This document shows, piece by piece, positions 40,015-48,920 of a stretch of DNA of 64,000 bases. Location: positions 4,761 to 68,760 of the forward strand of contig CAJXWQ010000002.1 in the NCBI GenBank assembly GCA_913062605.1, in the 5' to 3' direction. Below the pieces are notes generated by a model. The model was not told the origin of the DNA. It saw nothing but the letters and a program-made list of their open reading frames with translations, and did not search any database. Position numbers and translations under genes: made by a program. The stretch is from an uncultured Cellvibrionales bacterium. GTDB lineage: Bacteria; Pseudomonadota; Gammaproteobacteria; Pseudomonadales; Porticoccaceae. How positions within the stretch are numbered: position 1 is the stretch's first letter; each line of letters begins with the position of its first letter.

Positions 40015-43000
40015 TTCGCTATTTTGCCGCACATCCCACCATCAGTAATATCCTGATGATGGCAATTATCGCCATTGGTTTTAGTTCATTGAGTGGGCTT
40101 AATAAAGAATCCTTTCCACTACTTAAGCCCAGTAAAGTACAAGTCACGGTTGCCTACCCTGGAGCGGGTCCAGCCGATGTTGAAGATGGCATTTGTAATC
40201 CACTGGAAGATGCCACAGACGGCATCAGCTTTTTAAAAGAGCAGGAGTGTGATGCCCGTGACAATATCGCTATTTTCACATTGGAAATGCAGGAAGCGGG
40301 AAATATACGTGAGTTTACCGATGATATTAAAACTGAAATCGATGCGATCCAGAACTTCCCGGAGAACATCGAAGACCCGGTGATCAAACAATTAGGGCGA
40401 ATTAACCCGGTTGCCAATATTGCCATCACCTCAGATAAATTAACAGCCACTGAATTAAAAGAACTGGCGGAGTATTACCGCGACCGCCTGATCGCCATGC
40501 CACAAATTCCAATTGTGAGTATGGATGGTTTCTCCACGCATCAATTGCAGATATTGATCCGTCCCGATATTCAACAAAAATACCATCTTAGTGTCCAGGA
40601 TATTGCTAACTTAATTGCAGCCCAGGCATTGGAGCTGCCTGCAGGGACATTGGAAGCGACAGAAACCTCCTATCAAATTCGCTTTGATAATGTCAGAAAG
40701 ACTGCCGATGAATTGGCAAATCTTATTATTATCAATACGCCCAAAGGCGGCGAAATCAAACTGGGCGATCTTGCTGAAATTGAGAACAAATTCGAAAAGC
40801 CTGAAGAGCGCATCGAGCTAAACGGTAAACCGGCAGCACTACTCAAAATCAGTAAAAACTCTATTGATGACACACTAAAAGTTGCCGACGCACTGATTGA
40901 GTTTGTTGAAAAAGAAAACAAAATTCTGCCTGAAGGAACACGGCTAACTATTGTGAGTGATGCCTCCACATTAGTGCGTGACAGGTTAAAACTGCTGCTA
41001 ACCAACGGTTGGCAGGGGCTGATTCTGGCAACTTTAATGCTGCTGCTATTTTTTTCATGGCGTTACACTTTCTGGATTGCCTTAGGTCTGCCTATTTCAT
41101 TTTTAGGTGGGCTGGCCATGATGGTGGTGTTTGGCGTGAGTATCAATATGATCTCAATGGTCGCCTTACTGATGGCTATCGGTATTTTAATGGATGATGC
41201 CATCGTACTGTCTGAAAATATTGATAATGAATACCGTAAAGGAAAGACGCCATTGGAAGCGGCGGTTGATGGCACCAAAAAGGTTTTTCGTGGCGTCTTT
41301 TCTTCCTATCTCACGTCTGCTTTTTTATTTGGTAGCTTGTTGATGATGACAGGCGATCTAGGGCAGGTGTTGGGCGTACTGCCTGTCGTTTTACTGTCAG
41401 TGCTTACTATTAGCTTGATTGAGGCATTTCTGGTGTTACCACACCACCTCAAGCACTCACTGAAACATTCGAACCATAAAACACCACCAAAATGGCGGCA
41501 GCAATTTGAAGCTCTGTTTGATCGATTTCGCCATACCGTTGGTCGTGCCGCCACTCTCGCTATGCAGTTCCGCTATATCACTGTTGGCATAGCACTAGCT
41601 ATGTTGATTTTTTCTGTCGGTTTGGTTGCGACTGGAATCGTTAAATTCAAGGCCTTTCCAGATCTGGAAGGCAATAATCTGGAGGCCAGAATTCTACTGC
41701 CGCAAGGCACACCATTGGCCGAAACTGAAAGAGTGGTGGATACATTGCTCGCTTCTCTGGATGAAACCAATAAAACCCTTAGCCAAAATGAGACTGAAGA
41801 ACTGGTTAAAAATGTGCAGCTTTCATATGGCAAGCATGGCGATGTACCTGAGAATGGCACGCATCTGGCAACTCTTAGCATTGATTTGCTCAATACCGAA
41901 GAACGCAACACTAAAATGGATGAGCTCATCCAGCTTTGGAAACAGCAAACCGGGGTGCTACCCGACGTACTCAGTATTCAATACAAAGAACCCAAGGTTG
42001 GTCCAGCGGGACGCGCCATTCATATTCGCCTGAGTGGACAAGATATGGATCAATTGTCACGGGCATCCTGGGAAGTACAAAACTGGCTCAGAGGTTATAT
42101 TGGCGTCAACAATTTGCTGGATGATCTTCGCCCAGGTAAGCCTCAGTACAATATCAAGCTTAAGCCTGGGGCATTAGTCGCAGGCATCGATTCACGTAGT
42201 ATTGCCTCTCAACTCCGATCGGCTTACCTGGAAGTTAAAATCAGTGAGATCTACAAGGGTCGCGAAGCCTATGAAATCATTGCCAAACTGGATAGCCTGC
42301 CAGGTCGTGAGTTACACGATTTTGATAATTTCACGGTATTTTCAAAAACCGGAAAAGAAATTCCCTTAGGCAGTGTCGCCATCATTACCGAGGAGCGTGA
42401 ATTTTCCCGAATAGGGCATATCAACCATCAACGCACAGTTAATATATATGGTGATGTCGATGCCGGCATCGCCAACACATCCGAGATCATTACAAACTTT
42501 CAAAGTGACTTTATAAACACTTTGCAGGAACGCTATCCTGACATCACTTTTAAACTTAAAGGCGAGGTCGAGAACGGCGCGGAAACTAAATTATCGATAC
42601 TCTCAGGCTTCGGGCTTGGCTCTATTGGAGTATTTCTGTTGCTTAGTTTGCAATTTCGCAATTTCCGCGAACCGATTGTTGTAATGGTCAATATTCCTCT
42701 TGCCCTCATCGGCGCGATCTGGGGACATTTGATTATGGGCTTGGATTTCACTTTACCGAGCATGATCGGTTTCGTTTCCCTGGCAGGTATCGTCGTGAAT
42801 GATTCGATCCTGCTGGTCGAATTTGTAAAATATCGAGTGGAAGAGGGTATGGTGCTTCATGATGCTGCAAGGCAAGCAGTATATGATCGTTTTCGAGCCA
42901 TATTTCTTACTTCCGTCACTACCATTGCTGGCATGACACCCTTGCTGTTTGAAACCAGTACACAAGCATTAATTCTTGTCCCGTTGGTGACCAGCATTGT

Positions 43001-43118
43001 ATTTGGCATGCTGACATCCACAGTATTGATTATGCTGGTATTGCCTGCCATGTATGCAATTATGGAAGATATTGGTTTTGTGAAATTGTCGGCAGAACCA
43101 GAGCGGATAGCTGCATAG
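40011..43118 (+). CDS. RND-superfamily efflux permease (AcrB/AcrD/AcrF family)
   Basis: 1035 aa. Twofold TM1-loop-TM2-6 architecture and typical length. No outer-membrane factor gene is adjacent. Confidence 0.9.
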   Translation: MIRYFAAHPTISNILMMAIIAIGFSSLSGLNKESFPLLKPSKVQVTVAYPGAGPADVEDGICNPLEDATDGISFLKEQECDARDNIAIFTLEMQEAGNIREFTDDIKTEIDAIQNFPENIEDPVIKQLGRINPVANIAITSDKLTATELKELAEYYRDRLIAMPQIPIVSMDGFSTHQLQILIRPDIQQKYHLSVQDIANLIAAQALELPAGTLEATETSYQIRFDNVRKTADELANLIIINTPKGGEIKLGDLAEIENKFEKPEERIELNGKPAALLKISKNSIDDTLKVADALIEFVEKENKILPEGTRLTIVSDASTLVRDRLKLLLTNGWQGLILATLMLLLFFSWRYTFWIALGLPISFLGGLAMMVVFGVSINMISMVALLMAIGILMDDAIVLSENIDNEYRKGKTPLEAAVDGTKKVFRGVFSSYLTSAFLFGSLLMMTGDLGQVLGVLPVVLLSVLTISLIEAFLVLPHHLKHSLKHSNHKTPPKWRQQFEALFDRFRHTVGRAATLAMQFRYITVGIALAMLIFSVGLVATGIVKFKAFPDLEGNNLEARILLPQGTPLAETERVVDTLLASLDETNKTLSQNETEELVKNVQLSYGKHGDVPENGTHLATLSIDLLNTEERNTKMDELIQLWKQQTGVLPDVLSIQYKEPKVGPAGRAIHIRLSGQDMDQLSRASWEVQNWLRGYIGVNNLLDDLRPGKPQYNIKLKPGALVAGIDSRSIASQLRSAYLEVKISEIYKGREAYEIIAKLDSLPGRELHDFDNFTVFSKTGKEIPLGSVAIITEEREFSRIGHINHQRTVNIYGDVDAGIANTSEIITNFQSDFINTLQERYPDITFKLKGEVENGAETKLSILSGFGLGSIGVFLLLSLQFRNFREPIVVMVNIPLALIGAIWGHLIMGLDFTLPSMIGFVSLAGIVVNDSILLVEFVKYRVEEGMVLHDAARQAVYDRFRAIFLTSVTTIAGMTPLLFETSTQALILVPLVTSIVFGMLTSTVLIMLVLPAMYAIMEDIGFVKLSAEPERIAA

Positions 43119-43221
43119 TCAAAGCTTGTGAGAATTGAAATATATCCAGGTCAGCCAGCTACAGGTGATATACAACAAATACAATTCTCCATACCGCTTA
43201 TAATCAAATAGAAAGCACACC

Positions 43222-43457
43222 ATGAAAACTTATAAATTACTATCCTCCTAGGGGACAACGGTTCTGAGTGATACACCAGGCACGTTGGGAAGAAACAGTA
43301 AGGCTAGTATTTACGGTCGCCTCGATTGCTCAGCTGAAAATAGAGCTCTCTCGAAAGGTTATGACCAACACCGTGTATTTTTTGCCAATGAACAGAATGC
43401 CATACAAGCGGGATACCGACCTTGTGGAAGCTGTATGAGGAGCAGTACAAAAAATGA
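43222..43457 (+). pseudogene. Ada-type metal-binding-domain small protein, pseudogene (in-frame TAG plus frameshift)
   Basis: MKTYKLLSS, then TAG, then GTTVLSDTPGTLGRNSKASIYGRLDCSAENRALSKGYDQHRVFFANEQNAIQAGYRPCGSCM. The expected ending EEQYKK-stop is in another frame. Track ORF 43285-43776 runs through the tRNA repeat and is an artefact. Confidence 0.6.
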
Positions 43458-43510
43458 AAGTCTGGCCCAGAGGGTGAAGGGAGTTACCCTTGGAGAAAGT
43501 TACCAGACTG

Positions 43511-43857
43511 AAAGCCCCTCCGAGTCCACCAAGTTCGGTTTTCGTTCGGTATTCCGCATACAACTTTCCATACGGTTCATAACCGAATGGCCTGTCGCCA
43601 CTGACTTCCGACGCCAACAAGTTCGGTCATGGTTCGGTCTATTTCCAGCCCACTCCAGCCGCCTCAAAAACCCCTTACAATTCTTCCACTTAGGACAGCC
43701 AAATCAGCAGTCCGTGCTTCTCATAATCGATTGGTCGAAGGTTCAAGTCCTTCTGGGCCCACCATTTCTCTTATAATTCATAGGCTTGCCATAAGCTGAG
43801 CATCCGAGTCTATGGGCAGAGCGGGTGACCTTTTTTTGTGCCTGTCGTCTGGCGACG
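43511..43857 (+). repeat. ~345-bp island-junction repeat unit C (contains tRNA 3' fragment 43720-43764)
   Basis: Collinear with unit D (50773-51116): about 210 bp upstream with GTTCGG/CCGAAC motifs, the 45-bp tRNA core, and about 93 bp downstream (TTTCTCTTATAATTCATAGGCTTGC...GGCGACG). Confidence 0.9.
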
Positions 43858-43939
43858 TGTCGACAGGTGCGTCAATTGTTTGCTCCCTTTTCTTTTTGTG
43901 CTACCTATGGGCTACTTTCAGACAGCTTCAAATCCTGCC

Positions 43940-44011
43940 TCGTAACGCCCAACTAAGGGGCTAAAAAAAGCCCGGCTTTTGACAGCCCATGCATTAAGCG
44001 GCTTGTTATGT
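43940..44011 (-). repeat. attC-like imperfect palindrome 1 (downstream of GNAT gene)
   Basis: Reverse strand: ACATAAC starts 4 nt after the GNAT stop and the element ends in GTTACGA. 72 bp. Shares TAACGCC...AAGGGGC arm sequence with element 2. Confidence 0.5.
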
Positions 44012-44015
44012 GCTT

Positions 44016-44552
44016 TCACCAATATTCCTGTTTATTCAATGCTTTTACGCACTCAGATGAGCCTTCCATTACATCAATCACGCCACTTTGTAGTGATTGG
44101 GCAAGCCAACCTTCAGGCTGTGTTAGTTTTAAAGGCGCTTTTACAATATCTTCGCTGATTTGTTGAAAACCTACTTTAGAGTAAAAGGTTGGATCTCCAT
44201 ATGTGAATACTAGGTCTACATCTTTGAGCCTTAGGTACTCAATACCATACCTGATAAGTTGTTGACCTATTCCTTTTCCCTGTTGTTCTGTAGCAATAGC
44301 AACAGGGGATAGAATAAATGCAATTTTTTCACTCGGAAGTGTAAGGCGGCTGAAGAATATACAACCTACTATTTCTTCTTCCAGAACTGCAACAAAGCCC
44401 AAGATATCACGTTCATCAGTCGTAATGATTAGATCGGACACCAAGCTACCAATTGATTCACCTTCGCCCTGCCCTTCAGAGTCAGAGAACACTTTAGTAA
44501 AGAGATTGATAACATCTGGAGACTGATTTTCACTAAAGGTCGAAATCTTCAT
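44016..44552 (-). CDS. GNAT-family N-acetyltransferase
   Basis: 178 aa. Acetyl-CoA motif QQGKGIGQQLIRYGI. Confidence 0.85.
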   Translation of the reverse strand: MKISTFSENQSPDVINLFTKVFSDSEGQGEGESIGSLVSDLIITTDERDILGFVAVLEEEIVGCIFFSRLTLPSEKIAFILSPVAIATEQQGKGIGQQLIRYGIEYLRLKDVDLVFTYGDPTFYSKVGFQQISEDIVKAPLKLTQPEGWLAQSLQSGVIDVMEGSSECVKALNKQEYW

Positions 44553-44595
44553 CCTTTTAACTCAATCTCATTTTTGTGCCATGAAGTACGCAGAC

Positions 44596-44656
44596 ACATA
44601 ACGCCTAGTTAAGGGGCGCATGGTGTTTTGCGTCCCGCTTGAACGTCTTGTTAGGC
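44596..44656 (-). repeat. attC-like imperfect palindrome 2 (downstream of DUF4405-like gene)
   Basis: Reverse strand: GCCTAAC (RYYYAAC) starts 5 nt after the stop and the element ends in GTTATGT. 61 bp. The arms pair, with bulged G and T bases. Confidence 0.6.
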
Positions 44657-44661
44657 ATGTG

Positions 44662-45045
44662 TTAACGATTATGATGATAATGCTGCGGCCCTCTTTGAAT
44701 ATCAGTAACTGGAGACAAAATCGGAGAAAATGCGAGAGCAATTAAAGCTATTAACCCCAGTACTCCAGCTATTATTCGGTAATATTTTTCTGTTGGGGCC
44801 TTTCCCATTATCACGCTTTTGATGAATTTTGCATGCACTACTAAATGTGCAGACACAAACAACAAAAAAATAACAGAGAGGTAATAATGAACATTACCCC
44901 AATCATGTCTTGATAAGCCCCACACTTCATCTCCACCACTTCTTGGGGGTAGAGTGACTTTTAGAAAAATACCAGTAGAGAGCATGAACATTAATGCTAC
45001 AAAGGAAAGAAAATCTAGGATCTTTGTAATTAAAAATTGGTTCAT
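44662..45045 (-). CDS. Small membrane protein, DUF4405-like (His-containing, cytochrome-b-like helices)
   Basis: 127 aa with 3-4 hydrophobic helices. WGNVHYYLSVIFLLFVSAHLVVH pattern. Family assignment is from memory. Confidence 0.6.
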   Translation of the reverse strand: MNQFLITKILDFLSFVALMFMLSTGIFLKVTLPPRSGGDEVWGLSRHDWGNVHYYLSVIFLLFVSAHLVVHAKFIKSVIMGKAPTEKYYRIIAGVLGLIALIALAFSPILSPVTDIQRGPQHYHHNR

Positions 45046-45064
45046 AGTTCTTCTCTTGTCATGT

Positions 45065-45093
45065 GCCTAACGCCGCATTTTGCGGCGTAACGG
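45065..45093. repeat. Short palindrome GCCTAACGCCGCA-TTT-TGCGGCGTAACGG (degenerate or half attC-like element)
   Basis: Shares the GCCTAAC / TAACGCC motifs with the other elements but is too short for a full attC. Confidence 0.3.
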
Positions 45094-45174
45094 GAAATTT
45101 GTTCGACAACAGTGTCTTGGTATGTATTTACGTTAAGTTACACCGAACTAAGCACAGCCTCCTTGCTTAGCTAT

Positions 45175-45237
45175 ACATAACTCCCCGCCCAAGGGCTTTC
45201 ATCTAGCAAGCCCTTGGTTTGAGGTGGGTGGTTAGAT
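45175..45237 (-). repeat. attC-like imperfect palindrome 4 (downstream of cytochrome c peroxidase gene)
   Basis: Reverse strand: ATCTAAC (RYYYAAC) starts 3 nt after the stop and the element ends in GTTATGT. 63 bp. Central 10-bp perfect stem CCAAGGGCTT/AAGCCCTTGG, with bulged flanks. Confidence 0.6.
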
Positions 45238-45240
45238 GAA

Positions 45241-46227
45241 TTACTCAAAAGGCTTTGGTTTGGGGGTGCTATCTGTGGATGGAGGCAAGATTGGCAATAC
45301 GAAGGTAGGCTGGTCACCAGTGAGTGTTTTAAGGAAGGCGACAATTTTCGCATTTTCCTCAGGGGTGAAATTCTTAGCCAGCTGTAATCTGCCCATGACA
45401 TCAACTGCCTCAGTGAGGGTTTCAGCCTCACCATCATGAAAATAGGGATAGGTCAGTTCCACATTGCGTAGAGTTGGAACTTTGAACCTGAAACGATCAG
45501 TATCTTTTCCGGTAACAGCAACCAAACCCTCAGCTGGATTCTTTGTGTCATATGCTTCAATTACGCCCATTTTCTGGAAAGAAGTACCACCCATCGCAGG
45601 ACCATTGTGGCAGGCCTGACAACCCGAATTTTGGAATAGTTGGTAGCCAGCAGTTTCATCAACGGATAGCACGTCCTTATCGCCCAAGAGCCATTGATCG
45701 AATCGAGAATTTGGTGTGACTAATGTTTTTTCAAATTCGGCAATCGCCTGTGTGACCTGATCAATATCGATCTTGTTTTTGCCAAACACTTGTTTGAATT
45801 CTGCTATATATTGTGGAATTGACTCTAATACATTAATAGCAAGGGCATGAGTTGATGCCATTTCGCCGGGGTTTTCGATGGGCCCGCCAGCTTGGGCCTT
45901 TAGATCTGCTGCGCGACCATCCCAAAACTGGGCAATATTCATACTAGAGTTAAGTACAGTCGGAGCGTTGATAGGGCCCTGTTGCCAATTATGTCCTATG
46001 GAAGTCTTCAGGTTATCTGTTCCACCCAGACTAAGGTTATGGCATGAGTTACAGGAAATAAACCCAGACTTGGATAACCTGGGATCAAAATACAACTTCT
46101 TGCCTAATTCAACTTGTGCAAGATTCAATTCTTTTGCGGGCACTATCGGCTCTATTGCTAACGCCCCAATTATAAAACCCAATAGCCCCACACTAATGAA
46201 TGATAAAACAAGTAGATTTTTCTTCAC
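45241..46227 (-). CDS. Di-heme cytochrome c peroxidase (CcpA/MauG family)
   Basis: Two CxxCH motifs (CNSCH, CQACH) and a signal-anchor N-terminus. GTG start at 46227 preceded by GGAG; the track ORF extends to 46281. Confidence 0.88.
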   Translation of the reverse strand: MKKNLLVLSFISVGLLGFIIGALAIEPIVPAKELNLAQVELGKKLYFDPRLSKSGFISCNSCHNLSLGGTDNLKTSIGHNWQQGPINAPTVLNSSMNIAQFWDGRAADLKAQAGGPIENPGEMASTHALAINVLESIPQYIAEFKQVFGKNKIDIDQVTQAIAEFEKTLVTPNSRFDQWLLGDKDVLSVDETAGYQLFQNSGCQACHNGPAMGGTSFQKMGVIEAYDTKNPAEGLVAVTGKDTDRFRFKVPTLRNVELTYPYFHDGEAETLTEAVDVMGRLQLAKNFTPEENAKIVAFLKTLTGDQPTFVLPILPPSTDSTPKPKPFE

Positions 46228-46317
46228 AACTAACTCCGATTTTTTGATAAAAATAAGGTGTCTTAATTCAACACATGACACCTAGTGCTGCGACTGGAAC
46301 ATCTTGTCCTGCACATT

Positions 46318-46605
46318 TTATTTGTGGGCAATAAGTTTATCCGTAAACAAATAATCTTTTAGCTCTTTATCAAAGCTAGGGTCTTTTCTTCTTATCCATT
46401 CAAGAACCATTGCTGCATGCTCTTTCTCCTCATCTCTATTATGAGCAAGGATTGCTTTTAATTCTTCATCTTTACATGCATCTACTCGTTGATTGTACCA
46501 ATCTACGGCTTCAAGCTCTTCCATCAGCGATATAATAGCTCTATGCATATCTCTTGTTTCGTTTGTAAGCTCTTCTATAGGCTCGTGATAACCTTCATTT
46601 GACAT
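46318..46605 (-). CDS. Encapsulated-ferritin-like (EncFtn family) protein lacking a C-terminal encapsulin targeting peptide
   Basis: 95 aa. HRAIISLMEELEAVDWYNQRVDACKDEELKAILAHNRDEEKEHAAMVLEWIRR closely matches the EncFtn core as I recall it from Rhodospirillum rubrum, including the Glu/Glu-x-x-His iron ligands. The protein ends at LFTDKLIAHK. Confidence 0.75.
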   Translation of the reverse strand: MSNEGYHEPIEELTNETRDMHRAIISLMEELEAVDWYNQRVDACKDEELKAILAHNRDEEKEHAAMVLEWIRRKDPSFDKELKDYLFTDKLIAHK

Positions 46606-46778
46606 GTTTTTTCCTCGGTAATTGGATGGCTTCGATAATTCATAACGGTTTGCCGTTCAGCAGCTGCGACCTCAGCCAACTGCCCGCCCTATCGGGGTGT
46701 GATCTGACTTTCCTTTATTTTTTATTTTCCAAGCCTAAAACTATTTGCCCACTTAGTGGCGTGAAATCAAACGTCTCT

Positions 46779-47795
46779 TTACTCCATAGCAGCTGTGTAC
46801 TGGCCATACCTCGCCACACCATTTAGCTTGGCTCGCTTATACAACGCCGCTTGCATTTGTTTTGCATTGGCCGCATTCCCTTTCCAAGCAACCAAAGCTG
46901 GATGTTGCAACGCGCGCCCATAAGAAAAACTCAGCTCCCATGGATGCAGCCCGATTTGGTTCATTGCATTCAGATATTCGGTTGATGCTTCATCCGACAG
47001 CCCACCAGAAAGAAAATGAATAGAGGGTACTGCCGCTGGCACCGTTCTTCTTAAAATCTTAACTGTCTCGTGAGCGATTTCTTCTGGGGTGGCTTGTTTC
47101 GTACAATCCTTCCCCGGAACAATCATATTGGGTTTTAGTAGGATATGCTCCAGAGTAACCCCCTCTTGCACTAGAGCTTGGAACACAGCATGTTGAACAG
47201 CTTCTGTTACTTTCGCGCACTGCTCCATGGTGTGGTCACCATCCATCAATACTTCGGGCTCTACAATCGGCACCATACCCGCTTCCTGACAAACCTTCGC
47301 GTAACGCGCTAACACCTTAGCGTTCTCATCAATAGCCAGTTGACTCGGCGTGTGTTGGGAAATGGTATACACGTCACGCCACTTGGCAAATCGCGCCCCT
47401 TGTTTTTTATAGCCGTCTAAACGCTCAGCCAAACCTTCTAGACCTACAGTAATTTCGTCGCCAAGCTCACCGCCCTCGAGAGAAATCTTACCTTTATCAA
47501 CCTTAATGCCAGGCACGACGCCCTGCTTAACCAATAATTCAGGAATAGGAACACCATTGTCATCAAACTGCCCTAACGTCTCTTCGAACAAGATGACACC
47601 GCTAATAAATTCGCCAAGACCGGGCGTTGATAGCAATAAACTGCGGTAAGCACGACGCTTTTCCTCCGTCGATTCGACCTCAATGGCAGTAAAGCGTTTA
47701 GCTATTGTTGGGCTACTTTCATCCGCCGCCAAAATACCTTTGCCTTTAGCGGCTAATGCATCAACCGTCGTCTGAAGTTGCTGAACTCTATTCAT
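46779..47795 (-). CDS. Class I fructose-bisphosphate aldolase
   Basis: 338 aa. GKGILAADES, LLKPNM (Schiff-base Lys region) and LSGG motifs. Confidence 0.88.
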   Translation of the reverse strand: MNRVQQLQTTVDALAAKGKGILAADESSPTIAKRFTAIEVESTEEKRRAYRSLLLSTPGLGEFISGVILFEETLGQFDDNGVPIPELLVKQGVVPGIKVDKGKISLEGGELGDEITVGLEGLAERLDGYKKQGARFAKWRDVYTISQHTPSQLAIDENAKVLARYAKVCQEAGMVPIVEPEVLMDGDHTMEQCAKVTEAVQHAVFQALVQEGVTLEHILLKPNMIVPGKDCTKQATPEEIAHETVKILRRTVPAAVPSIHFLSGGLSDEASTEYLNAMNQIGLHPWELSFSYGRALQHPALVAWKGNAANAKQMQAALYKRAKLNGVARYGQYTAAME

Positions 47796-47972
47796 AAGCT
47801 ATGTCCTCTCACTTTACGATAATCGGATTAATGCCTTGACGACAGTGGCCGCCAAAGATATCGACAACAATACCAATAATACTATCAGGCGGGTTTCCAC
47901 GCTGGATACTTGGCTTATGCCTTTGGCATCTCTAGTGCCGGCACTTTATATTATATATATCTAATCTATATT

Positions 47973-47987
47973 TATCTAATTTAGATA
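47973..47987. promoter_or_regulatory. Palindrome TATCTAA-T-TTAGATA, candidate ArsR/BigR operator
   Basis: Perfect 7-1-7 inverted repeat about 40 nt upstream of the ArsR-family gene start, within an AT-rich promoter region. Confidence 0.45.
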
Positions 47988-48025
47988 CATGTGATATAGT
48001 TGACTCCAAGATTGGAGAATAATGT

Positions 48026-48352
48026 ATGACAACAAACCAAGATGTTATGACTAAAGATATGGCTGCGTTACAAAAACACGCCAAGGATGCTGCTAATTTA
48101 TTAAAAACGCTAGGCAACGAACATCGATTGCTCGTGCTGTGTACGCTAATGAATAGCGAGCTATCCGTCGGTGAACTGAATGACATGATACCTTTGAGCC
48201 AATCGTCACTATCCCAACATCTGGCCTCGCTGAGAAAGGCGGGACTGGTGCAAACACGCAGAGAGTCTCAAACCATTTATTACCGCCTGTGTGGCGACGA
48301 GGCCATTAGAATTATTTCTGTTCTTCAGTCAATTTATTGTCCCGATTTATAA
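48026..48352 (+). CDS. ArsR/SmtB-family repressor (BigR-like)
   Basis: 108 aa. LKTLGNEHRLLVLCTL...ELSVGEL...SQSSLSQHLASLRKAGLV winged-HTH. Heads a sulfur-related operon. Confidence 0.85.
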   Translation: MTTNQDVMTKDMAALQKHAKDAANLLKTLGNEHRLLVLCTLMNSELSVGELNDMIPLSQSSLSQHLASLRKAGLVQTRRESQTIYYRLCGDEAIRIISVLQSIYCPDL

Positions 48353-48364
48353 ACGAGGTATACC

Positions 48365-48910
48365 ATGACCAACCCACAAACAACAATTTCTGTAACTGAT
48401 TTTGCATCCCTAATCGATTCGAATAGCAACGTAACCATTGTTGATGTTCGCACCAAAGCAGAAATTGATAACGAATTTCTTGAGGGCTGCCTGAACGTAC
48501 CATTGCAAGATATTACCGCGGCCACCTTTGAATCGGCGGTGGCCCATTGTGACACTGCAGACACTATTTACTTGTTGTGCGGCAGTGGATTACGGGCCCA
48601 AAAAGCTACCGAACAGCTGCAAGGTGCAATTGCCAACCCCCTAGTGGTTGTTTCAGGAGGTATTCAGGCGATGAAGCAGGCCGGAATTAGCCTGAAGAAA
48701 GGCCGTGGTAATGTAATTTCACTGGAACGACAAGTTCGTATTACTGCGGGCTCACTGGTTGTACTGGGGGTCATTTTAGGCAGCTTGGTTACACCGGGGC
48801 TTTATGGTCTATCTGCTTTTGTTGGTATAGGGCTCGTTTTTTCCGGTGTCACAGATACTTGTGGTATGGGAATGATCATGGCTCGTATGCCATGGAATCG
48901 CTCAGCTTAG
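48365..48910 (+). CDS. Rhodanese-domain protein with C-terminal DUF2892-type membrane domain (YgaP-like)
   Basis: 181 aa. Active-site loop CGSGLRA. C-terminal hydrophobic hairpin with GVTDTCGMG. Confidence 0.8.
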   Translation: MTNPQTTISVTDFASLIDSNSNVTIVDVRTKAEIDNEFLEGCLNVPLQDITAATFESAVAHCDTADTIYLLCGSGLRAQKATEQLQGAIANPLVVVSGGIQAMKQAGISLKKGRGNVISLERQVRITAGSLVVLGVILGSLVTPGLYGLSAFVGIGLVFSGVTDTCGMGMIMARMPWNRSA

Positions 48911-48920
48911 GTCACGCTCT

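Larger units (their letters stand above)
37333..43764 (+). mobile_element. Islet 2 (vsr pseudogene, TetR-RND efflux, Ada-like pseudogene)
   Basis: Bounded by tRNA 3' repeats B and C. Decayed genes sit at both ends. Confidence 0.5.

Noticed and set aside
43285-43776. Track ORF of 163 aa downstream of the RND pump. Also ORF 35985-36197, which overlaps the tRNA.
   Set aside because: The first starts inside the Ada-like pseudogene and reads straight through the junction repeat and tRNA fragment. The second is antisense to the tRNA. Both are artefacts of open frames in non-coding repeats.
46606-46778. GTTATGA half-site (complement of 46640-46646) upstream of the EncFtn-like gene, considered as a fifth attC.
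   Set aside because: No complementary RYYYAAC arm or extended palindrome is present in the aldolase-EncFtn spacer. Only a 5-bp local hairpin is found there.
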